Source of the DNA: an uncultured Pseudomonadota bacterium
GTDB lineage: Bacteria; SAR324; NAC60-12
DNA length: 64,000 bases
Direction of reading: 5' to 3'
NCBI GenBank assembly: GCA_964344035.1
Contig: CAYFLK010000006.1
Span: forward strand, 26,162-90,161
Position numbers and translations under genes: made by a program. This document shows, in pieces, positions 51,575-60,615 of this stretch (the first letter of the stretch is position 1; each line of letters opens with the position of its first letter). The notes beneath the pieces were generated by a model. That model searched no databases. It was given only the letters and a program-made list of their open reading frames with translations, and was not told the DNA's origin.

Positions 51575-53143
51575 ATGCTGGGGCTGAAAAAAAAGAAGGC
51601 CAGGGAAGTACGCTGGTTGATCACGTTTGCCGATCTGATCACCCTGCTGTTCTGTTTTTTTGTTTACCTGTCGCTGTTCAGCAAACCAAGCGTCAGCCTG
51701 CAAACAAGGTTCAGGATCACCGAACAGGCCCTGCTGGTTTTGAAGGAAGCCCTGCCAGCATCCGTGATCTCCGGAATGCAGTCGCTGAGCGGCCTTATCT
51801 TTAACGGAGAGCAGGTTTTTTATGAGGGAGTTGAATCCTGGATCGGCAAGGACGACTCGGCAAAATTCCGCAGCCAAATCGTGCTGGAAAGCATCGCGGA
51901 TGATGTGGTGGATGAATCCGGGCGGGTGGCATGGGTGGAAGTCATCCTCAGCGAACCGGTGCAGGAAGACCTGAAGGTCCCCCTGTTTTTCAGCGGGATG
52001 GCGCGCAGGGGTCCGGATAACCAGGAATTGTGCACTGATGAGGGGTTGACCCGCGCTGACGAAAGCACACAGGGGTTCGATTATTTGCTTTCCCGGGAAT
52101 CGATTTCCATCGAAAGCGGTGAGACAACCGGTAGGATACCGATCTGCATCATTGACGATGAACTTTACGAGGGGACCGAATCCATCCGCGTCCAGATCGG
52201 AAACGTCCGCGGCAACGTCGAGCGCGGAACCATCATTTCGAAAAACGTACTCATTCATGACAATGAACCGCCGCCGAGGGCGAGTTTCAATATTGATCGC
52301 CGCGATATTTTCAAAGGGATCGTCAGCCTCACCGTCCAACTCGACCGCGTAAGCGGCACCACCACCGAGATCCCTGTTTCATTCAAAGGTACCGCATACG
52401 AGGGCGTTGATTTCCGCCTGATCGACCCCCCGGTGATCAGGATATTTCCCTACACGGAAAAAGGCTCGATCCAGCTTGAGATCATGCAGGATGAAGTGCC
52501 TCTCTACGCAACGCGCACCTTGCTTGTCGAAATGAACGAAAAGGTCATGCGCAACGTGCGGAGCGGGGGAGTTTCCCGCCAGGTGAACTCCATAATCGGC
52601 GCGCTAGAGATGAAAGACTGCAGCGGCATCCACCGTTTTTTAAAGGAAAACCACGGGGAATTTGCCGCGTTTGAACTGAATGCGAGCAAATCCCGCTGCA
52701 TCCTCATTCTGCCTTCCGAGTTCCTTTTCAAAAGCGGTTCCGCCGACCTCAAACCGGAAAACCTGCGGCGTTTGAAAAAATTCCTCGGAGAAATCCGGGA
52801 CCGTTACGAACTGGAAGGAGACGCGATCCGGGTGGAAGGTCACACCGATGACGTGCCGCTAGGGAAGCGCGCGGAATACCGGAACAACTGGGAACTTTCA
52901 GTCGCGCGGGCCACAAACATCGGGGTGTTCATGATGGAAAAAATCGGCTATGTTCCCGAACTCCTATCCATTTCCGGATATGCTGACACGCGCCCGCGTG
53001 TTTCGTACCGGGACTCGGAAGGACGCCGGAAAGACCGCAAGATGTTGCGGGAAGCACGCAGTGCGAACAGGCGCGTGGAGATTATTTTCACCCGACCCCC
53101 TCAGAAGGAGCGAACCCGCCGTTTTTTCCCTGACACGGAATGA
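51575..53143 (+). CDS. MotB-like protein with two Calx-beta-like periplasmic domains and C-terminal OmpA/MotB peptidoglycan-binding domain
   Basis: 'WLITFADLITLLFCFF' MotB plug/transmembrane segment with conserved Asp; 'IIDDELYEGTESIRVQIGNVRGNVERG' Calx-beta motif; OmpA-like C-terminus 'WELSVARATNI...ANRRVEI'. Confidence 0.75.
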   Translation: MLGLKKKKAREVRWLITFADLITLLFCFFVYLSLFSKPSVSLQTRFRITEQALLVLKEALPASVISGMQSLSGLIFNGEQVFYEGVESWIGKDDSAKFRSQIVLESIADDVVDESGRVAWVEVILSEPVQEDLKVPLFFSGMARRGPDNQELCTDEGLTRADESTQGFDYLLSRESISIESGETTGRIPICIIDDELYEGTESIRVQIGNVRGNVERGTIISKNVLIHDNEPPPRASFNIDRRDIFKGIVSLTVQLDRVSGTTTEIPVSFKGTAYEGVDFRLIDPPVIRIFPYTEKGSIQLEIMQDEVPLYATRTLLVEMNEKVMRNVRSGGVSRQVNSIIGALEMKDCSGIHRFLKENHGEFAAFELNASKSRCILILPSEFLFKSGSADLKPENLRRLKKFLGEIRDRYELEGDAIRVEGHTDDVPLGKRAEYRNNWELSVARATNIGVFMMEKIGYVPELLSISGYADTRPRVSYRDSEGRRKDRKMLREARSANRRVEIIFTRPPQKERTRRFFPDTE

Positions 53144-54561
53144 TGGATTTCGGATTTCGGATTTCGGATTTCGGATCAAAAGCAGGGATCAGAAATCAGG
53201 AAACATTGAGAGAAATCAGAAACCGGAACCCAGGAACAAGGAATAAGCCCGAACGCCCGCGGAGAGCGAGCTTTTTTGTTCTGTTCGCGCTTGCAGTGCA
53301 TGCGGCCGCGTTTGATGCTGGAAACACTATCCGCGCTCAGACACGCGAAGCAAAAAACACCCCGCCCCCAATAACCGATCTACCCCTGCGGCAGCAGCCT
53401 CCTCCTCCACGCCCGGGAGTGCTCCAGGAAATACTCGTGGTGCGCACTTCCCCCGGCATCGTCAGGCATGCCGAAGGAGTGCTGAGGTTTCAGGTCAGCG
53501 CTTTCAGCCCGATCATGGTAGTCAAAGTAAACGGGTTCGCGCAGATGATCCGTCCGGGAGTGGATTTCATGGAGTACGAGGTTCCCTACCAGCTTCAACC
53601 GGGAAAAAACCGGTTCCTCGTTTTTGTGCAGACTCGTGAAGGTGAAGACGAGCGGGAAATCCTGCTTACATACCAGCCTCCACCGCTGGGAAAGCCCCGG
53701 GAACCGCTGCCACTGGATTTGCTCGTAATCCTCGGACAGACCGAAAGCGACAACATGCTTCAGTCACCGGATGGTTCCTCCCGCGTAAATGCGTCAAGGA
53801 ACGACTTGCTGCTTTCGCTGGGATACTTCCTCAAGCTGGACGAGCAGGCGCGATTTACGCTGAAAGGTCTTTTCAAATTCGACCGACAGAAAAACCGCGC
53901 CCTGGCCTCGGAGGAAACCCTGATGCGTCAACTGAGCGTGGAATACAGGCGCCCGGATTTATGGGAGATGGAGATGAATTTCGGGCTGGGACAAACCGTA
54001 CTCAGCGACAAAAGCACCGCTGCGTCACCGGCGCGGGAAGGAGAGTTTGTCAAGAACAGCGAAAGCGTCTATATTTTCGCGTCCGCGGTACGCGGGCTGG
54101 GGAAAACGAAGGAACTCAATGCCCGGGTTCAACTTGATATGCAGAACAAAATCGCCTCCAATAATGAAGACGGCATGCTGAACCTGGTATCCGTGGGAGG
54201 CAAATGGCTCGTCTACGCCTTTAAACTGAGCGGAGAAATTCAGTCCCGCGGAACAGGGTTTGAGGATACAAGCAAGGATTACCAGACAGCCGTGCTAAGC
54301 CTGAGGGTGACCTATCCGTGGAACCCGTGGATCTTCGATCTTCGTTTCAGGAACAGCGATCAGAAATACCGGGAACCCGATCCTGGTTCACGGATCACCC
54401 TGCATAACAAAAAGGATCATTTTTCGGTGCAAAGCAAATATGCCTATTCGAAAAACATGATCGCAGATTTTTCCTTGAACAGCATCAAACAAGGGTCAAA
54501 CGATACGACCAGGGCATACCGTGAAAATCAGATGGTCTTCCAGTTTATCTGGAGTTATTGA
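53140..54561 (+). CDS. predicted outer-membrane beta-barrel protein (start uncertain)
   Basis: Signal-like 'RRASFFVLFALAVHAAAF' about 45 codons after the annotated start; alternating beta-strand pattern; aromatic C-terminus '...FIWSY'. Confidence 0.55.
   Translation: MMDFGFRISDFGSKAGIRNQETLREIRNRNPGTRNKPERPRRASFFVLFALAVHAAAFDAGNTIRAQTREAKNTPPPITDLPLRQQPPPPRPGVLQEILVVRTSPGIVRHAEGVLRFQVSAFSPIMVVKVNGFAQMIRPGVDFMEYEVPYQLQPGKNRFLVFVQTREGEDEREILLTYQPPPLGKPREPLPLDLLVILGQTESDNMLQSPDGSSRVNASRNDLLLSLGYFLKLDEQARFTLKGLFKFDRQKNRALASEETLMRQLSVEYRRPDLWEMEMNFGLGQTVLSDKSTAASPAREGEFVKNSESVYIFASAVRGLGKTKELNARVQLDMQNKIASNNEDGMLNLVSVGGKWLVYAFKLSGEIQSRGTGFEDTSKDYQTAVLSLRVTYPWNPWIFDLRFRNSDQKYREPDPGSRITLHNKKDHFSVQSKYAYSKNMIADFSLNSIKQGSNDTTRAYRENQMVFQFIWSY
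53145..53172 (+). repeat. heptanucleotide tandem repeat (GGATTTC)x4 at the 5' end of the downstream ORF
   Basis: Perfect 7-nt repeat read directly; followed by AGAAATCAG-rich low-complexity sequence. Confidence 0.85.
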
Positions 54562-54613
54562 ACAGCCGCTAGGGGAAAAACCAAAGCCTTGTCATACTCA
54601 GGCTTGTGAAAAT

Positions 54614-54920
54614 TCAAAGTTTGTAATGTTTCTTGTCCCCGCAGTATTCGAGGAAGAACGCAAACACCTTGTCCAGGTCATAAACCATTTCATATATTTC
54701 ACTGTCCTCTTCGGCAGGCAGCAGCGGTGCGGATTCATCGCTGTCCTCCTCCCGGTTTTGTTCCGCGTCCGCAAGGAGATCCAACCCCTCGCTGGTCACC
54801 ACCCTGATCTCCGCTTTCCCCACCGTGCCCCAACTGGTTTCCGGATCATCACGAAAACTAGCACCGTCTTTGAGGGTTACAATCGAGCGGGTCGTGACCT
54901 CGAATAAGTCCATTCTCATA
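54614..54920 (-). CDS. hypothetical acidic protein
   Basis: ORF from MRMDLF; no motif. Confidence 0.35.
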
Positions 54921-55144
54921 CATGCTCCTTTGTGATTCTGGCTGGTTCCGCAAAAGTGTAGCAGGTTTTCCCAGGGAATACTTGACAGTGACGCCGATTT
55001 TCCGCAGTTTTTTTGTTGAACAGTTTTCATCACCCGGTTCAGGAATCCTGCGCACAACAAATACGTGGGAGCGCCCGACAAGCCAATGTTTTCACAGTTG
55101 AAAGACACATGCTTAATGACCCGCCGGAACGGATTTGAGTAATC

Positions 55145-56344
55145 ATGAGCGTATCACAAACATCCGCGAACCGGTTCTCCACACCATCACTGCTGCGTCT
55201 GGGTTTCAGGCCTTTTTTTCTTGGGGCCGGAACAGTCGCGGTAGTGTTCATGGGAATTTGGATGGGAGTTTACGGGTATGGCTGGTCGGTTTCTTTTCCA
55301 AACATGTCCCCGATCCACTGGCACGCGCATGAAATGCTTTTTGGCTATACCCTCGCGGTGATTGCCGGGTTTCTGCTCACCGCGGCGGTAAACTGGACCG
55401 GTCATGACACCGCGAACGGATTTCCCCTATTTGTGATGTTTGTGTTCTGGCTGGCAGCCCGGGTTTCTTCAATCGGCATTGCACCGTATGCAGCGACAGT
55501 GATGATGATCGCGGACCTCGCGTTCTGGCTGCTTTTAACCGTCGCTGTCATGAGGCCTATCATCAAAGTGCGACAGTGGCGCCAAAGCGGAATCATGGCC
55601 AAGCTGGTTTTGCTCGGGTTAGCAAATTTCTCTTTTTATGCCGGGGTTTTCGGATGGGTTGAGGAAGGCATCCGCTGGGGATTGTACGGTGGTCTGTACC
55701 TGATAATCGGGCTGGTGCTGACCATGGGACGAAGAGTCATCCCTTTTTTCACCGAAAGGGGAGTGGGTCACGAGGTGCAGCTGAAAAACCGGGCCTGGTT
55801 GGATTGGACCGCGGCACCGCTCTTTTTGCTGTTTTTTGTTTTTGAACTGCTCAGTCCTGGTTCGGTTTTTTCCGCAAACCTCGCGCTGGCACTGTTCTTC
55901 CTGCATTCCATCCGACTCCAGGGCTGGTTCACCGATGGCATCCGGAAGAAGCCCCTGCTCTGGAGCCTCTACCTCGCCTACGCCTTCATCGTCTCCGGGT
56001 TTGCTCTGCTCGCGGGAGGTTATTATGTTAGCTGGAACCCCTTCCTCGCGGTACACGCCTTCGCGGTTGGAGGGATCGGGGTGTTGACGCTGAGTATGAT
56101 GTCCCGTGTTGCCCTCGGGCACACCGGGCGTAATGTCCACCAGGCCCCACGGGTGTTGACCCTCGCATTCGCCAGTATCAACGCGGGTTCGTTCTTCCGG
56201 GTGTTCGTCCCCCTGTTCATGCCCGCCGAATATGCGCTTTGGATCGGGGCATCCCAGGCGTTCTGGATCATCGCGTTCTCCCTGTTTGTTGTCACCTTTT
56301 ACCCGATCCTCACCCGGCCACGAATCGATGGACGCTACGGTTGA
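55145..56344 (+). CDS. nnrS: NnrS family heme-copper membrane protein (NO-response)
   Basis: 'LGFRPFFLGAG' NnrS N-terminal signature; about 12 transmembrane segments; 399 aa. Confidence 0.85.
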   Translation: MSVSQTSANRFSTPSLLRLGFRPFFLGAGTVAVVFMGIWMGVYGYGWSVSFPNMSPIHWHAHEMLFGYTLAVIAGFLLTAAVNWTGHDTANGFPLFVMFVFWLAARVSSIGIAPYAATVMMIADLAFWLLLTVAVMRPIIKVRQWRQSGIMAKLVLLGLANFSFYAGVFGWVEEGIRWGLYGGLYLIIGLVLTMGRRVIPFFTERGVGHEVQLKNRAWLDWTAAPLFLLFFVFELLSPGSVFSANLALALFFLHSIRLQGWFTDGIRKKPLLWSLYLAYAFIVSGFALLAGGYYVSWNPFLAVHAFAVGGIGVLTLSMMSRVALGHTGRNVHQAPRVLTLAFASINAGSFFRVFVPLFMPAEYALWIGASQAFWIIAFSLFVVTFYPILTRPRIDGRYG

Positions 56345-56359
56345 TCCCGGAAAGGCCTG

Positions 56360-56695
56360 TCAGGTTCCCTCCTGAACACCGTATTCCTTTAGGTCGTCAA
56401 GGTACGCGGTGATATGTTCGATTTTTTTCTCTCCTTCCGTCGGAATGTCACCGGACTTGATGATCATCCTGGATGTGTCACGCATCACCCGTCCGACCTC
56501 GAAGCGGATATTCCCGGGATTAAACATGACTTTTAAAAAACATGCCTCGACAACCTGGCCCTGGACGGCGGTCTGATCATAGATTGTCCACATGTCTTCG
56601 CGCTTGTCATAACTGACATTCGGAGAAATGCCCCTGTTGCAGATGTCCCTCAACACTTCCAGAAACGTCAGCAAATAATCCTTCTGGTTCTGCAT
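56360..56695 (-). CDS. hypothetical protein
   Basis: 111-aa ORF; no motif. Confidence 0.35.
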   Translation of the reverse strand: MQNQKDYLLTFLEVLRDICNRGISPNVSYDKREDMWTIYDQTAVQGQVVEACFLKVMFNPGNIRFEVGRVMRDTSRMIIKSGDIPTEGEKKIEHITAYLDDLKEYGVQEGT

Positions 56696-56749
56696 AGGCA
56701 GTTTAGCGAAAGGAGGAAAAGGAGAACGGGTTCATCGGAATGAAGCTCA

Positions 56750-57445
56750 TTAAAAAGTATATCCGCCCAGCAGGCTGAAAGAATATCCGCTGCCCATCAG
56801 CAACGTTGCTCCCGCTGAAAACGAGCTGAAGCGGGTGAACAACGGCATCCCTATGCGGAACCCGGAGCTTTGCCCCCAGCGAACCTGCGGAATGAATTCA
56901 GCAATGTCTTCTAATTGAAAACGATATCCGCCGAGGATGTAGAGATTTGATATGAAAGTCTGAAAATCCTGGTTTTTGGTCGACAATGCAGTGGGGGTAG
57001 CCATGATAAGGTCTTCCCCGCCGCCCCAGACAAGGTTGTCTTCAGCATAGTGAGTGTAGGACAGCGAAAGCGCTTTTGTCCCGGAACTCAAAATCCCCAG
57101 CGGTCCGTATTCCAGTGTAAATGTGTCACCCTCCAACCAATCAAACCAACCCCCATTAACTTCCGCACGGGGTATTTCCTTGATTTCCCGCTTTGATTCC
57201 GAGAGGTCGACCAGGGATTTCCCATCACAGATCCAGTCGAGATATTTTTTGGCAGCTTCCGTTGAAACCTGGTCCCTGATGGTTTCCACATCCCCGCGGC
57301 TGCAGCCGATTTTTGCTTTCTCGGCATGAACTACGGAAATGAAGGTCATTGAGTACAGCATGCATAACAGTAAAACCCTGCTAATCCTGCGTAATCGTGG
57401 ATGCCAAACAATTGCCGCAATTTTATTCCTACCTGTTTCCATCAC
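56750..57445 (-). CDS. hypothetical secreted / outer-membrane-like protein
   Basis: Signal peptide; C-terminus '...LLGGYTF' ends with an aromatic residue. Confidence 0.45.
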   Translation of the reverse strand: MMETGRNKIAAIVWHPRLRRISRVLLLCMLYSMTFISVVHAEKAKIGCSRGDVETIRDQVSTEAAKKYLDWICDGKSLVDLSESKREIKEIPRAEVNGGWFDWLEGDTFTLEYGPLGILSSGTKALSLSYTHYAEDNLVWGGGEDLIMATPTALSTKNQDFQTFISNLYILGGYRFQLEDIAEFIPQVRWGQSSGFRIGMPLFTRFSSFSAGATLLMGSGYSFSLLGGYTF

Positions 57446-57732
57446 CGGGTTTCCAATTTACAGTCTCTTTGGGCGGAATTCCTGTATATCCGGTTCCTCT
57501 TATCCTCATCAGGCCATGCGAGCATCAAGCCAAAGTAACGGGGAAATGACACCTTTTAAGAGTATGGACAGAGTGCGGGAAACACTGTCTGTCAACTGAA
57601 GAGGACATGCATGGCAGTGTTATTTTGGGGAACCCGGAATGGCTCCTGCTGGTGTCGCGGAGACTGCCGATTCACCGGAAAGCGGTTAAGACCCGCCACA
57701 CCAGACTTTATGCGGAGATTCAGTTCCCCCTG

Positions 57733-58392
57733 TCACTTGGCTGGATCCGCGACTTTCAAGGCTGCTTTGAGGAGGGGGAGGATGCAGCCGCTGTACTCGA
57801 CCCTGCCATCAGGCATAGTGGTGTTGCAGAGTAATGAACCGGTCATTTCCGCTTTGTCGAGGTTGGCGCCTTTCAGGGTTGCCGATTTCAGGTCCGCACC
57901 CTGCAGGTTGGCGCCGCGCAGGTTGCTGATGCCGAAATCCGCCACCGACAAATTGGCGTCTTCAAGATCGGCGCCCTGCAAGTCCGCTCCAAGCAGGACC
58001 GCTCCACGCAAATCGGCGGATTTGAGGTTTGCGACTCCCAGTTCCGCGACAGACATGTTCGCCCCTCCCAGCATCGCGCCTTTAAGGTCCGCCCCACGCA
58101 GGTCGGTCCCGCGCATGTTCGCGCCTTCCAGGTTTGCGCCGCGCAGGTTTGCTCCCTGCAGGTTCGCCCCGCGAAGGTTTGCCCCCTGCAGTTCAGCGGA
58201 AGCGAGATCGGCCCCGCTGAGGTTTACGTTCGGAAGATTCACCTGCCTAAGGTCTGACTTGGCCAGATCGCACTTGACGCATTCAAGCTTGCTCTGCAAC
58301 CGTTCCAGGTCTCCGGGCTCCACGGCTACTGCCCACGAACCCCATGCCAGTGTGAACGGGACCCACACCAGCAACAAAAACTGTTTCCTCAT
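57733..58392 (-). CDS. secreted pentapeptide-repeat protein
   Basis: About 30 consecutive A(D/N)LxG pentapeptides ('ANLRGANLQGANLRGANLEGANMRG...'); signal peptide. Confidence 0.85.
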   Translation of the reverse strand: MRKQFLLLVWVPFTLAWGSWAVAVEPGDLERLQSKLECVKCDLAKSDLRQVNLPNVNLSGADLASAELQGANLRGANLQGANLRGANLEGANMRGTDLRGADLKGAMLGGANMSVAELGVANLKSADLRGAVLLGADLQGADLEDANLSVADFGISNLRGANLQGADLKSATLKGANLDKAEMTGSLLCNTTMPDGRVEYSGCILPLLKAALKVADPAK

Positions 58393-58590
58393 CGTTAGTC
58401 TGTTTGAATGAAATAGCACAAATTTTACCACTTTATCGTTTTTACCGATAAAGTCCAGAAAGATGTAAGGAGTTGGATGAATTGATACTCAAATAATGTG
58501 TTTAAATCAGTGCGCTTTTTTTAATTGTGCCAAAATGTGATAGTTTTGGTTTTTGGAAAAGACAGATACCCAAAACCGGATATTCCGTCG

Positions 58591-59376
58591 ATGAACCAGC
58601 CTGCATCGCATAAAACCATCCACGAACCCGCCTGCTGGCTTGAGAAACATTATCACCAGGTCGATGCAGCACTCCGGGCGGTAGCCAGCCGCAAGGGGTT
58701 AAACCGGGAAGAAAGCGTGGAACTTACCTCGGATGTACACCTCCACCTGGTGGAACGTGATTATGCCGTGCCGCGCGCGTGGGACGGGAGCGCCGCCATC
58801 CAGACCTACCTCTATTCGGTAATCACCCGCAAGCTGGTGGATTTCATCCGTGGTAGAAAAGGCCGCCGGCGGCCCTCGCGCCGGGCGGAACGTTTAGGAG
58901 AAGTCGCGGTTCTTTTTGAAGAACTGTTCCTGCGTCAGGGCAAAAGCTTCGATGAGGCATGCCTGATCCTCACCGTCAATCATGGGTTCAAGGTGGATCG
59001 TGATGAACTGGCCCGCCTCGCCGTTCGTCTGCGGATGCCCGTCGGTCCGTCTCGTTCAGAGATTGATCCTGAAAACCTGGATAGCGGCAGGAATCCTGAA
59101 GACGAACTGGACCGCGCACGGGAACGCTCAATGCGGGAACGGGTGCTGTGCGTGCTCGAGCAAAGCGGAAGCGGATTAAACGATCAGGAAAGCCTGCTCA
59201 TCAAGCTTAAGTTTGAAGAGAACCTCCCCCTTTCCAAAGTCGCGCGGATGCTTGGACTTAGCCGCGCGCAGGCGGAACACAGGCTAATGAGCATCCTCAA
59301 CACACTCAGGCAGCGCATACTGGAATCGGGCGTAAGTGAAGAAGATCTTCGGGATTGGCTAAATAAAGATTTATGA
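58591..59376 (+). CDS. sigma-70 family (ECF-like) RNA polymerase sigma factor
   Basis: Region 2-like 'YLYSVITRKLVDFIRGR' and region 4 helix-turn-helix 'LPLSKVARMLGLSRAQAEHRL'. Confidence 0.7.
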   Translation: MNQPASHKTIHEPACWLEKHYHQVDAALRAVASRKGLNREESVELTSDVHLHLVERDYAVPRAWDGSAAIQTYLYSVITRKLVDFIRGRKGRRRPSRRAERLGEVAVLFEELFLRQGKSFDEACLILTVNHGFKVDRDELARLAVRLRMPVGPSRSEIDPENLDSGRNPEDELDRARERSMRERVLCVLEQSGSGLNDQESLLIKLKFEENLPLSKVARMLGLSRAQAEHRLMSILNTLRQRILESGVSEEDLRDWLNKDL

Positions 59377-60482
59377 AAAAAGAAAAAAATTTTATGAAAA
59401 ATGAGAATTTGTCCGTCTCATTAGATGAACGCCTGGGGCAGCTGCTGTCCCGGACCTTGAACGAGGAGACGGAAATGAATCCCGAAGACTGTCCCACCCC
59501 GCTGACGATGGCGGCTTTCATCGAAGGCGGTCTGGATGAGGAACCAAGACGTCAGGTGACGACTCATGTATCACGCTGCGGCCTTTGCCGTGAGTGGATC
59601 GGGGAATTGCACCTGGTTGGCGAAGAGCTTCCTGATCTCCTCGGGGCTTTCTCAGCCGGGGATGAGGAATCCGGCCCTCGTCAACACGTGGGTGAACAGG
59701 GAGCCGACCCGCATAAATCATCAGGCGGTTTGAGACTGGCGTTCAGTCGCAAGGACTCAAAGCGCCGGAAACCCGGCATTTCTGGTCTTACAATTCCGCA
59801 ATGGGCGGGACTGGCCGCATCGCTGCTGCTGGTGATCGGCGTTGCCTGGTTCATGTCCCGCCAGCCGGGATTTCATACCTCCCCCCTGGCACGCGAATCC
59901 TTGAACGCCCGCGTGATCGCGCAGCGGCTGCCTGTATCAGCTTTTGATGCCGGCGGGGACTTCCCCCGGGAATTCCTCGGTTTTTCTGCAACGGGACACC
60001 CGCGCAGTCTTCATTTTCAAAGCGGACGGTGGCTTGCGTCCCTTGCCGCGGCAAATCCTCCAGTGGATGCCGATCAACATCTTCACTTTGCCGCTCAGCT
60101 TGAATCCGCTCGTTTTGCGGACGTCAGCAGTGAACTGTTCGATGAACTGCCCCCGGCGTTGGCCGGTAAACCGTCTGAGAAAGCCCTGGCCGGATGGATT
60201 TCCCGTTTTGAAGAACAGCTCAGCCCGGAATCCTGGCCCTACGTCCTGCTCGGGGAATGGTGCTTCGGCGCGGAGCGGGCGGCCCAAACCGGAAACCTGA
60301 ATTACTTCCGTCCCGAGGAAATCCGTGCTTTCACGGAAATGTTCAGGGAACGCGTGGAACTGCCGGGCCTGCTGAGGTCCCTGGAACGCCTGAAAAGCCT
60401 GGCTCAGGCTGCTCCGGAGGTTCCCGGCCGTTTTGAAAAAATCACCGGCGAAATCGAAAATCTGAACCTGCTGTTTGAATAA
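59373..60482 (+). CDS. putative anti-sigma factor (zinc-finger, single transmembrane segment)
   Basis: 'HVSRCGLCREW' H..C..C ZAS-like motif; transmembrane segment 'WAGLAASLLLVIGVAWF'; ATGA overlap with the sigma factor stop. Confidence 0.55.
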   Translation: MKKEKNFMKNENLSVSLDERLGQLLSRTLNEETEMNPEDCPTPLTMAAFIEGGLDEEPRRQVTTHVSRCGLCREWIGELHLVGEELPDLLGAFSAGDEESGPRQHVGEQGADPHKSSGGLRLAFSRKDSKRRKPGISGLTIPQWAGLAASLLLVIGVAWFMSRQPGFHTSPLARESLNARVIAQRLPVSAFDAGGDFPREFLGFSATGHPRSLHFQSGRWLASLAAANPPVDADQHLHFAAQLESARFADVSSELFDELPPALAGKPSEKALAGWISRFEEQLSPESWPYVLLGEWCFGAERAAQTGNLNYFRPEEIRAFTEMFRERVELPGLLRSLERLKSLAQAAPEVPGRFEKITGEIENLNLLFE

Positions 60483-60615
60483 TCAGGGTGCGCATAACAG
60501 GCTGAAATGACGACTTGTATAAATCCCCTCCGACGGAAGGGGGATGCGAAGCAGACTGGTTGGGTTTCTTCCCCTGCGAGGAGATAAAATTCAAAATGTA
60601 CACACGAAAACCTAC

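Noticed and set aside
50696-53143. Zorya (ZorAB) anti-phage system
   Set aside because: ZorA is about 700 aa with a long C-terminal coiled-coil tail, whereas this MotA homolog is 289 aa. No ZorC/D-like genes follow, and the downstream partner is an outer-membrane barrel.
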